NCBI GenBank assembly: GCA_963808385.1
Contig: CAWEFQ010000008.1
Span: 16,476-80,475 of the forward strand
Length of the DNA: 64,000 bases
DNA from: an uncultured Solirubrobacterales bacterium
GTDB lineage: Bacteria; Actinomycetota; Thermoleophilia; Solirubrobacterales; Solirubrobacteraceae
Direction of reading: 5' to 3'
Shown: positions 8,793 through 18,227 of the stretch, piece after piece
Layout: every line of letters starts with the position of its first letter
Numbering within the stretch: position 1 is the stretch's first letter
Translations under genes and position numbers: made by a program
Notes under the pieces: model-generated
Database searches by the model: none
Seen by the model: only the letters and a program-made list of their open reading frames with translations
Told to the model about the DNA's origin: nothing

Positions 8793-9164
8793 ATGTGGTC
8801 TTCTCGAGCTGGCCAGTCGCCGATCTACGCGCTGAAGGCTGACTTCTTCCGGGTTCTCGGCCATCCGGTCCGGGTGCGCATGCTGCAGGTTCTTCGGGAT
8901 GGCGAGCGCTCGGTGGGGTCGCTGCAGGATGAGCTTGATCTGGATTCGAGCAGCACTTCTCAGCATCTCGCGGCGCTGCGTGGCCAGGGTCTCCTCGAGA
9001 GTCGTAAGGAGGGCACGAGCGTCTTCTACCGGGTCAAGGATCCCCGGACGCTGGAGTTGCTCGAGCTCGCGAAGCAGATCATCGCTGCGGCGCGCGAGGA
9101 TAACCAGGCGCTGCTGGACGATCTCGCGGTCGAGGACTTCGGTCCTGGGCCGGGTCGCGGCTAG
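8793..9164 (+). CDS. ArsR/SmtB regulator, Rv0081-like
   Basis: PIYALKADFFRVLGHPVRVRML...SQHLAALR; heads the hyc/hyf operon as Rv0081 does in M. tuberculosis. Confidence 0.9.
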   Translation: MWSSRAGQSPIYALKADFFRVLGHPVRVRMLQVLRDGERSVGSLQDELDLDSSSTSQHLAALRGQGLLESRKEGTSVFYRVKDPRTLELLELAKQIIAAAREDNQALLDDLAVEDFGPGPGRG

Positions 9165-9166
9165 CT

Positions 9167-11127
9167 GTGGGTGTACTTGACTGGGGTGCGCTCGCGGGTG
9201 TCGCGATGCTCGCGTTTGGCGGGGTGCTGGGTGCGACTGGACGCGGTTTGCGTGCCGGACTGGCGGTGCAGGCCGGGGGGATGATGGTTCTCGGTGTCGT
9301 GGGCGTCGCTGTCTTGACTGGCGGCGACGTTCTCGGCGCCGGGTTTCGCAGCTCGGTAGGTCTGGCGTTTGGCCTTGATCCGCTCAGCGGGTTCTTTCTT
9401 TCTGTTCTTGCGTTGACTGCGGTGCCGACGCTGATCTTTGCGCGCGACTATCTGCCCGGCAGCCACGGGGCACGAGCGCTCGGTGCTTTGACTGCGGCGT
9501 TCCTGCTGTCGCTGGTGGGTGTTCTCGCGGCTCGGGATGTGATCGGTTTCCTGGGGTTCTGGGAGCTGATGACGCTCGTTCCTGCGACGGCGATCCTTGT
9601 CTCTCGGCGCGACAGGGAGGTTCGCTCGGCGGTTTACGCGTACCTGGCGATCACTCATCTCGGTGGTGCGGGCGTCTGGATTGCCCTGCTCGCCCTTGCT
9701 CATCACGGCGCGATCGGCGACCCAGCCGCGCTCGCGGCGGCCGGCAGCGGCGCCCAGACGCTCGTAGCGGTAGCGGCGCTCGTCGGATTCGGAACCAAGG
9801 CGGGGTTCATCCCCCTGCACGCTTGGCTACCGCGTGCCCATCCGGTTGCGCCTGCGCACCTGTCGGCGCTGATGTCGGGAATGATGATCAAGGTCGCGCT
9901 GTACGGGCTGATCCGTGTCGAGTTCCAGTGGCTCGGCGCGACGCCACGGTGGCTAGGACTCGCGCTCCTGGCGATCGGACTGACCTCATCGCTCGGCGGC
10001 GTCTTGTGGGCGCTGGTCCAGCATGAGCTGAAGCGGCTGCTCGCGTATCACTCGATCGAGAATGTCGGCATCATCGCGCTCGGCCTCGGCGCGTCCCTGC
10101 TGTTCGCCCAGGCCGGCAACTCCACGTGGGCGGCGATCGCGTTCGCGGCGGCGCTGCTGCATGTCGCAAACCACGCCATCTTCAAGACCCTGCTGTTCCT
10201 CGGCGCGGGTGCCCTGCAGCGCGCCACCGAGCAGCCTCGATCTGGATCACCTCGGTGGCCTGCTGCGCAGGATGCCGTGGACGGGCGGCGCATTCCTGAT
10301 CGGCTGTATGGCGATCGCGGGGCTGCCGCCGCTGAACGGCTTCGCGTCCGAGTGGCTGGTGCTTCAGTCCCTGCTTCACGTCGCGTTCCATCAGCCGCTC
10401 GGCGTCGCGCTTGCTGGTGCAGTTGCGCTCGCGGGTCTGGCAGCGACGGCAGCACTTGCGCTGCTCTGCTTCGTCAAGGTTGTCGGGCTCGTGCTGCTCG
10501 GCCAGCCACGACGAGCAGAGTGCGCGGCCGCGGTCGACCCGCCCGCCGGCATGCTGGTCGGCATGAGCTTGCTCGCGCTGATGTGCATCGCCCTCGGGCT
10601 TCTCCCGGGCCTGGTCTTGCCGACGCTCGCCGGCCTGGCCCCCGGGGCTATACGGCTCTGTGTTGGCGCGGCATGCGGGTCTGATCCTGCCCGGCACCGG
10701 CTCCTACCTCCCGCTGCCTTTCGCGGTCGCGCTCGCGGCACTCACCGCGGCACTGATCGGGCTGCGGGGGAAGCGCCGCGCCGCGCCGGCACCGAGTTGG
10801 GTGTGCGGGCAGCCCGTCGTGGGGGCGCTCAGCTGGAGCTCGGCAGGGTTCACAAAGCCGCTGCGGCTCGTGCTCGAGGGGGTGCTGCGCCCGCGCCGTG
10901 AGATCGAGGTCGTGCGGGGCGGCGGGATGGTCCAGAGCGTCAGGTATGAGGGCCATGTTCCGTCGCTGCTGGACACGTCTGTGTACGAGCCGACGGTCAG
11001 AGCCGGATTGCGGACTGCGGCCTTCGCCCGGCGGTTGCAGTCGGGGAACGTGCGCACCTACGCCGGGTATCTGCTCGGGCTCGTGATCGGATTGCTCATC
11101 CTGGTTTACACAGGAGTTCTCGGATGA
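9167..11127 (+). CDS. hyfB: Hydrogenase-4 component B-like antiporter subunit (NuoL/MrpA family); two frameshifts (~10230, ~10650)
   Basis: FWELM, KAGFIPLHAWLPRAHP, LKRLLAYHSIENVG, GLPPLNGFASEW, RLQSGNVRTYAGY across three frames. Confidence 0.85.
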
Positions 11128-12042
11128 GCGTGGTCGCCGGGATGGTCCAGGTCGCAGGGATAGCGCTTGCACCGCTGTTGCCGGGCTCGATCCAGACGCT
11201 GAAGGCGCGGCTGCAGGGCCGTCGCGGTCCCTCGGTGCTGCAGCCCTACCGCACCCTGTGGCGTCTGTGGCACAAGAGCGCGGTTGACCCGCAGGGCGCC
11301 GGCGTCATCTACCGGTCCGCCCCGCCGCTCGTCGCGGCGTGCCTGCTCGCAGCGCTGGCGATCGTCCCGGTCGCCGGGCGCTCCGGGAGCTTTGGTCTGG
11401 GCAACGACGCACTCGTGCTGGTCGGGGTGCTCGCGCTCGCACGGTTCGTCCTGGCCGTGGCGTCGTGGGACACCGGCAACGGCTTCGCTTTGATGGCCTC
11501 CGCCCGCGAGCTGATGATCTCCGTGTTCGGGGAGGCCCTGCTGGTGCTTGCACTTCTCGTCGCGGCTCTGCCCGCCCACAGCACTGACCTGGTGGCGATG
11601 AGCGCCGCTGCGGCGGGTGGGCACATCTGGAGCGGGCCGACGCACTGGTGCGGGCTGATCGCGTTTGCGCTGGTGATCCTCGTGGAGACGGGGCGCCAGC
11701 CGATCGATAACCCCGATACGCATCTCGAGCTGACGATGATCCATGAGGGCCCGCTGCTCGAGTACGCCGGCCGCGACCTCGCATTTCTGCAGTGGGCTAG
11801 CGCCGCGCGCCATTGGGTCATCCTCATCTTGGCTGCCGAGCTCTTCCTGCCGCACTGGGGAGGGTTCGCAGCTGAGCGTGGGCCAGCTAGCCGTCGGGGT
11901 CGGCCTGCTCTGCGGCGCGCTCGCGCTGATTGAGACCGAGCAGGCGAAGATGCGGATCCTGCGCGTGCCCGCGCTCCTGGGTGTCGGCTGCGCGATCGCG
12001 CTCGCGGGCGCCGGCATGTGGATCGGCGGCATCGGCGTATGA
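11124..12042 (+). CDS. hyfC: Formate hydrogenlyase subunit 4 (HycD/HyfC, NuoH-like); frameshift ~11870
   Basis: KARLQGRRGPSVLQPY, ETGRQPIDNP.THLELTMIHE; C-terminus AKMRILRVP in another frame. Confidence 0.88.
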
Positions 12043-12650
12043 ACAGCGCACTGGCAACCGTGATGCTCGGACTCGCGTTCGGTGTGATCGTGGTGCGCCG
12101 TCGCACGGTCGCGATTGCCCTGTTGGCGGCCCAGTCGCTTGCACTCGGCGTCCTCGCCGTCGATCTCGCAGACGCTCGCTCCGGCTACGTGGTCGCGGCC
12201 GTGCTTCTGGGCAAGGCGGTCGTGCTTCCGACGCTCCTGTACGTGCTGATCCGGCGCACGCCCGAGGCCCGCCCGGTCACGGCGCCGGCGGGTCCGATGG
12301 TGCGCCTGGCGGCCGCGGGCACGGTGGCGCTATGCGCTGTGGTCTTGACGCCGCCCCTCGGCCTCGGTGCTCCGCACACCGAACACACCGCCGTCGCGCT
12401 TGTGCTCGTCGGCATCGCGATCGTCATCGCCAGGCGTCCCATCCTGTTCCAGCTGCTCGGGCTCGTCGTGGCGGAGAACGGCCTGTCGTTGCTCGCGGTC
12501 TCCGTGCCCGGCGGGCTCTCGTACGTGATCGAGTTCGGGGCGCTGTTCGACCTGGCGCTCATCGTGACCGTAGCCGCGGCCTTCGCGCAGCGCATCCACA
12601 GCGACCTTGGCAGCGGCGACACCGAGCTGCTCAGAGGGCTGCGTGACTAG
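12039..12650 (+). CDS. hyfE: HyfE-like membrane subunit
   Basis: Hydrophobic; QLLGLVVAENG, VIEFGALFD, L..LRD end; ATGA coupling. Confidence 0.85.
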   Translation: MNSALATVMLGLAFGVIVVRRRTVAIALLAAQSLALGVLAVDLADARSGYVVAAVLLGKAVVLPTLLYVLIRRTPEARPVTAPAGPMVRLAAAGTVALCAVVLTPPLGLGAPHTEHTAVALVLVGIAIVIARRPILFQLLGLVVAENGLSLLAVSVPGGLSYVIEFGALFDLALIVTVAAAFAQRIHSDLGSGDTELLRGLRD

Positions 12651-14136
12651 CCTCGTCCCCGTCCTCGCCGCGGTCGTACCTGCGCTCCCGCTCGCAGGGA
12701 TGCTGCTCGCGCTGCTCGTCCGCACACCACGGCAGGCCGACGCCCTCGCGGTTGCGACGGCCCTTCCGACTGCGGCCGCTGGACTCTTGCTCGCTGGGAT
12801 CGCTCTCGCCCGTGGCGGTGAGCGCGCTCTGCGCGGCCAGTGGTATCTGATCGACGGCGCCAGCGGAGTGCTGCTCGCGGTCATAGCGATCGTGGGACTG
12901 TGCAGCGCCCTGCTCTCGCCGACCTATCTGCGGACCAGTGGCCGCAGCTGGACAACGGCCGCACGCTCGCGCAGCCTCTACTACGCCGCGCTGTTCATGT
13001 TTTGGGGGGCGTTGCTCGCCGTCCCGATCGCCGGCAACCTCGCCGCTGTTTGGCTGATCGTCGAGGCGACCACCGCGGCCTCTGCATTGCTCGTCGCGTT
13101 CAGCGGGCGACGCGACGCGCTCGAGGCCGGCTGGAAGTATCTCCTGCTGACGACGCTCGGCCTGTCGGTGGCGTTCCTGGGCATCATTGTGCTCGCGATT
13201 GGCCAGGCAAACGCCGGCCACCACAACGTGCGAGCGCTCGACTGGTACGCCCTGCAGGCCGCGGCCCACTCAATGCCGACACAGGCCACCCTGATCGCGT
13301 TTGTTCTCCTGCTTGCTGGTCTTGCGACCAAGATCGGCTGGGCGCCGGTCCATAACTGGCTGCCGGACGCCCACAGCGAGGCGCCGGCACCGATCAGCGC
13401 GCTGCTCTCGGCGGCGCTGCTGCCGAGCGTGCTGCTGGTCGCATGGCGCGTGAAAGAGATACTCCAGCCCTCCGTGGGCGCCGGCACCACACGAGCCGTG
13501 TTCATCGCGTTCGGCCTGACGTCGATGATCGTCGCGATCCCGTTCCTGTGGCGCTCGCTGCCGTTCAAGCGCCTGCTCGCCTACTCCAGCCTCGAGCACA
13601 TGGGCATCATCGCGCTCGGAATCGGCTTCGGTACCCCGCTCGCGATCGCCGGCGTGGTGCTCCACGTCGCGGGCCACGCGCTCGCAAAGGCCCTCGGCTT
13701 CTATGCCACCCTGCCGTTGCTGCGCATCCAGCCCAAGGCAGCAACCCACGCGCCCGTCGCGGTGCTCAACGACAGCCCGGCGACCGCCACCGCGATGGGC
13801 GTGAGCCTCATAGCACTCTCCGGCCTGCCGCCGTCACCCCTGTTCCTCTCCGAGCTGCTCATACTCCTCGGGGGGCTGGCCGCGGGAGATCTGCTCATCA
13901 GCGCCATCGCCGTAGTCGCCATGGCGCTTGGGTTCCTCGGTCTCCTGCACGCGCTCATGGAGGGCGTCATCGGGGACGAAGCACGCCGCCGCAGGCGCCG
14001 CCGGTCCCGCGAGGAGCAGCCAATCATCGCCCTCACCGCGATTCTCGGCACCGGGATGCTCGCATGCGGCTTCGTAGGCGTGCTGCTGCTGCCGGGCTCT
14101 GACTTCGCCCAAGCCCTCGCACGGGGCGTGCTGTGA
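12643..14136 (+). CDS. hyfF: HyfF-like antiporter subunit
   Basis: WLIVEATT, LEAGWKY, KIGWAPVHNWLPDAHSEAPAPISALLS, KRLLAYSSLEHMG. Confidence 0.9.
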   Translation: MTSLVPVLAAVVPALPLAGMLLALLVRTPRQADALAVATALPTAAAGLLLAGIALARGGERALRGQWYLIDGASGVLLAVIAIVGLCSALLSPTYLRTSGRSWTTAARSRSLYYAALFMFWGALLAVPIAGNLAAVWLIVEATTAASALLVAFSGRRDALEAGWKYLLLTTLGLSVAFLGIIVLAIGQANAGHHNVRALDWYALQAAAHSMPTQATLIAFVLLLAGLATKIGWAPVHNWLPDAHSEAPAPISALLSAALLPSVLLVAWRVKEILQPSVGAGTTRAVFIAFGLTSMIVAIPFLWRSLPFKRLLAYSSLEHMGIIALGIGFGTPLAIAGVVLHVAGHALAKALGFYATLPLLRIQPKAATHAPVAVLNDSPATATAMGVSLIALSGLPPSPLFLSELLILLGGLAAGDLLISAIAVVAMALGFLGLLHALMEGVIGDEARRRRRRRSREEQPIIALTAILGTGMLACGFVGVLLLPGSDFAQALARGVL

Positions 14137-15545
14137 CCGAGATCGAACATGTGCAGACCCGCGCTTGGCGGGCGAGCGTGGAACGAGCACTCGCCGACGG
14201 CGAGCACTTCGGTGGCGCGTGGGCCACCAGCCGTGGCGAGAACCCGACCTGGCGAGCGCTCCTCACCTCAGGCGACCGGTTTCGCGTCCTCTCGTGCGAC
14301 GCGAGCGCCGGCGAGATCGAGAGCATCGTCGACCTCGTCGAGGCCGCAGGCTGGGATGAGCGCGAGGCCCACGACCTCTACGGCCTCACGTTTCCCGGCC
14401 ACTCGCCGATGCGCGCCCTCGCAGCGCACCCCGACGACCCCGCGCAGTGGATGACTCCCGTGAGCGGAGACGGTGTGCACCAGGTCGCAGTTGGCCCAAT
14501 CCACGCCGGCGTCATCGAGTCCGGGCACTTCCGCTTCCACGTCATCGGAGAGCGCATCCTCGCGATGGACCCCCGCCTCTTCTACAAGCACCGCGGCCTC
14601 GAGCGCGCAGCCGAGGGCCGTCACGTCGGCGAAGCACTCACCTACGCCGGGCGTGCGTGCGCCGCCTGCTCGGTCACCAACACCGTCGCCTACGCAAACG
14701 CGGTCGAGAGCGCCCACGGGCTCCAGCCAGATCGCGAGCTGCGCACCGCCCGCACCGTGCTCCTCGAGCTCGAGCGCCTCTACAACCACCTCCACGACAT
14801 CAGCGCAATATGCGCCGGCGTCGGCTACGCCCCCGGAACAATGGCGTTCGCCGCCCTCAAGGACCGCGCACAGCAGATCAACATGCGCTCCTTCGGACAC
14901 CGCTTCCTGTTCGACACCGTGCGCGTCGGCGGCGGAGAGACGCGCAGCTCGACGCGACCGCCGCAGGCGCCACGCTGAGGAGACCTGCGCGAGCTGCGCG
15001 CCGACAGTGCCTCTGCGTGGCGAGAGCTCGAGTTCACCAGCTCGCTGCAAGCACGCCTGGACGGGATCGGCGTCCTCGGAGCTGATGACGCGCGCCGGCT
15101 CGGCGCGGTCGGTCCCGCAGCGCGCGCTGCCGGCATCCGCGAAGACGCCCGCAGCACAAGCCCGCGCCTTGCATACGACGGCTTCACACCCGCCTCGCTC
15201 CGAGCCCCAACAGGCGACGTCGCATCACGTTTGAGGCTACGAGCGATTGAGCTCGAGAGCACCTACGACATCCTCGAAGAGCTGCTCGGGAGACCATTCA
15301 CAAGCGGCGGTACGACCCCTGCAGGCGCGGGCTCGACGCTTGGCATCGGTCGCGTCGAGAGCCCACGCGGCGCCACGATCTGTGCCGTCGAGCTCGACGG
15401 CACACGGGTCGGCAGGCTCCACCTGCGCACCGGCTCCTACGCAAACTGGCCGTCGCTCGCTCACGCCACCGCCGACAATCTGTTGCCCGACTTTCCGCTC
15501 ATCAACAAGAGCTTTGAGCTCTGCTACGCCTGCGTGGACCGCTGA
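14133..15545 (+). CDS. hycE: Group-4/Ehr hydrogenase large subunit (NuoC-NuoD/HycE-like); compensating frameshifts ~14938-14979
   Basis: WDEREAHDLYG, VGPIHAGVIESGHFRF, YKHRGLE, RACAAC, ELERLYNH, VESPRG, DFPLINKSFELCYACVDR. Confidence 0.88.
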
Positions 15546-16000
15546 TGTACATCCTGCTGCGACAGCTCGCAACCATCCGCCGCAAAGCGCACCTCACACG
15601 CGGCCAGCCGCGATCACTCGCAATCCGCCACGTCGACGCCGGCTCATGCAACGGCTGCGAGCACGAGCTCGGAGCCGTCACAAACCCCTTTCACGACCTC
15701 CAACGCCACGGCCTGGACATCGTCGCCTCCCCACGACACGCCGACATCCTGCTCATCACCGGACCCATAACCACACGTATGTCCGGGCCGCTGAGAACCG
15801 CCTACGAAGCCATGCCCGAACCTCGGCTGGTCGCCGCGCTCGGCGACTGCGCACTCGGATGCAACATCCTCGGCGACCCAACCGAGATCATCGGCTCAGC
15901 CGACGACATGCTCCCCGTCAACATCCGCATCCCCGGCTGCCCACCGACACCCGTCGCCATCGCCGAACACATACTCGCTGCGCTCTCCCAACGCGAGTAA
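15545..16000 (+). CDS. hycG: Hydrogenase small subunit (HycG/HyfI, NuoB-like)
   Basis: DAGSCNGCE, ASPRHADIL, ALGDCA, IPGCPPTP: all four Fe-S cysteines. Confidence 0.92.
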   Translation: MYILLRQLATIRRKAHLTRGQPRSLAIRHVDAGSCNGCEHELGAVTNPFHDLQRHGLDIVASPRHADILLITGPITTRMSGPLRTAYEAMPEPRLVAALGDCALGCNILGDPTEIIGSADDMLPVNIRIPGCPPTPVAIAEHILAALSQRE

Positions 16001-16404
16001 AGGCCAATCCGCCAACGCCCTCGCTTCCCCACAGATCCGAGCGTGACGATGACCTCGGCGCAGACCGCCAGATTGGATCAGCATGAACACCACGCCCACC
16101 GCGGGAGATCGCCGACAGGAACGTCGAGAGCGTCCCCGAACGTGAACGCGGCTGCAGAGACAGACAGAGCGAGACTTAGGCGGGCTTTGCGGGTTCTTAT
16201 AGGTCCCCTGAGGTCCGTGCCTTAGGGTCCCAGGCCCGTGCAGGTGCGCGTGCAGGCCCACACGAGTACGTCCAGGAACAGCCACGAAAGATCGACCGCT
16301 GGGAAGGAAAGCCGACAGAAAGAGTGCAGATCGATGTTCCGAGCGGCAGGGAGCAACGTACATAGTGTCGAACGAGACCCCGATCAACTGTACCAACCGA
16401 ATGG

Positions 16405-16433
16405 TTGACAACGCAACTATCGCGGCGTATAAT
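16405..16433 (+). promoter_or_regulatory. Perfect-consensus sigma70 promoter
   Basis: TTGACA (16405-16410), 17-bp spacer, TATAAT (16428-16433), 34 nt before the ATG. Confidence 0.9.
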
Positions 16434-16467
16434 TCCGACCGTAAGCATCGGATTAGAAGGACCACAC

Positions 16468-17361
16468 ATGGCAGACATCACCCGTAAAACCCCCACCAGA
16501 GCTGCAAAAACCGCTGACAGCGCCGGCGCGCTGGACAGCTTCATCCCCGAGTCCGTCGACCAGCTGCTGGCGCACTCGCGCCGCTACCCCCTGCTTACGC
16601 CCGCGCAGGAGATCGAACTGGCGCAGAAGATCGAGCGCGGCGACCTGCATGCCAAGGAACTGCTCGTCAACTCGAACCTGCGACTCGTCGCCTCCAACGC
16701 CAGGCGCTACCAGAACCAGGGGCTGCCCCTGGCCGACCTCGTGCAGGAGGGCATGCTGGGGCTGATCAGGGCCGCCGAGAAGTTCGACTGGCGCAAGGGG
16801 TTCAGGTTCTCCACGTACGCCACACTGTGGATCAGGCAGGCGATCCAGCGCGGCCTGGAGAACTCCGGGCGTACGATCAGGCTGCCCGTGCACGTCGCCC
16901 AGCGCTCGCGCAAGGTCGGGCGGGTCGAGCGCGAGCTGTCGGTCAGGCTCGGGCGCGAGCCGACCGTCGAGGAGATCGCGGCCGAGACGGGCCTTGAGAT
17001 CGAGCAGGTCGAGGAGGTGCGCCACCAGCGCGCCGCCCTGGTCAGCCTCGACCAGCAGATCGGCGAGGACGGCGACACCGCCCTGGGAGATCTGCTGCCC
17101 GCCGACACCGAGGTGCCGGAAGAGACCGCCTGGGACAACGAGCGCGAGCGGATCGTGCACGAGGCTATCGCCCAGCTGCCCGAAACCGAGCGCACGGTGC
17201 TGACGCTGCGCTTCGGCACCGGCCGCGAGGAGCCCCAGACGCTGACCGCGATCGGCAAACGGCTCGGCTTCTCCGCCGAGCGGGCCTCCCAGCTGGAGCA
17301 GCGCGCGCTGAAGAAGCTCGCCGAGTCGCCGGAGATGGCGGCACTCCGCGAGGCCGCGTAA
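16468..17361 (+). CDS. RpoD/SigA-family sigma70 factor lacking region 1.1 (group 2-like)
   Basis: NLRLV, DLVQEG.LGLIRAAEKFDWRKGFRFSTYATLWIRQ, RTIRLPVH, region 4 HTH. Confidence 0.93.
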   Translation: MADITRKTPTRAAKTADSAGALDSFIPESVDQLLAHSRRYPLLTPAQEIELAQKIERGDLHAKELLVNSNLRLVASNARRYQNQGLPLADLVQEGMLGLIRAAEKFDWRKGFRFSTYATLWIRQAIQRGLENSGRTIRLPVHVAQRSRKVGRVERELSVRLGREPTVEEIAAETGLEIEQVEEVRHQRAALVSLDQQIGEDGDTALGDLLPADTEVPEETAWDNERERIVHEAIAQLPETERTVLTLRFGTGREEPQTLTAIGKRLGFSAERASQLEQRALKKLAESPEMAALREAA

Positions 17362-17373
17362 GATCACGCACTT

Positions 17374-18132
17374 ATGTGGGACCGTGTCGTCCAGTGGACG
17401 ATCGCCGTCGGCGAATGGATCCTGGCGCCGATTGAGCGGTTCATCGGGAAGCAGTCGCTGGTCGGCGAGGAGACGTTCTTCGACAACGACCGGTTTCCGT
17501 GGATCGCCGAGGTCGAGGCGAGCTGGACGACGATCAGGGATGAGCTGGAGCAGGTGCTGGAGGATCGCGAGGCGCTGCCAAACTTCCAGGACATCTCCAA
17601 AGACCAGATCGAGATCACCGACGACGACGACTGGAAGACGTTCTTCCTCTACGGCTTTGGCTTTCAGGCGAAGCTCGGCGTCGAGATGTGCCCGCGGACC
17701 GCGGCGCTGATGGAGCGGATTCCGGGGATGAAGACCGCGATGTTCTCGATCCTCTCTCCCCACAAGCACATCCTCGACCACCGTGGCCCCTACAAGGGCG
17801 TGCTGCGCTACCACCTCGGGCTGATCGTGCCCCGCGACGCGCCGGCCTGCCGGATCAGGGTCGGCGAGGACGTTTGCCACTGGGAGGAGGGTAAGAGCAT
17901 GATCTTCGACGACACCTACAACCATGAGGTCTGGAACGACACCGACGAGACGCGGGTCGTGCTGTTCGTGGACGTGCTGCGCCCCCTCCCCACTCCCTGG
18001 TCGCAGCTCAACCGTCTGATCGTGCGCGCGATCTCCTACTCCCCGTTCGTGCTCGACGCCAAGCGCAACCAGCAGGCATGGGAACGGCGCTACCGGGAGC
18101 GACGGCGATCGCAGCAGGCCGCGGCCGCCTGA
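17374..18132 (+). CDS. Aspartyl/asparaginyl beta-hydroxylase-domain dioxygenase (LpxO/OlsC-like)
   Basis: HRGPYKGVLRYHLGL, FDDTYNHEVWN, RVVLFVD. Confidence 0.9.
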   Translation: MWDRVVQWTIAVGEWILAPIERFIGKQSLVGEETFFDNDRFPWIAEVEASWTTIRDELEQVLEDREALPNFQDISKDQIEITDDDDWKTFFLYGFGFQAKLGVEMCPRTAALMERIPGMKTAMFSILSPHKHILDHRGPYKGVLRYHLGLIVPRDAPACRIRVGEDVCHWEEGKSMIFDDTYNHEVWNDTDETRVVLFVDVLRPLPTPWSQLNRLIVRAISYSPFVLDAKRNQQAWERRYRERRRSQQAAAA

Positions 18133-18227
18133 CGTGGCCTGACACGGGGGCTCGGGCCCCTGCGCACGATGTCGGCGCGGCGGGGTAGTCTGGCGCGCAC
18201 GATCATGTTGTCGGACACCCCAGCGTC

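Noticed and set aside
14976-14978. In-frame TGA in the large subunit as selenocysteine
   Set aside because: It is not at a Cys ligand position and lies between two compensating frameshifts
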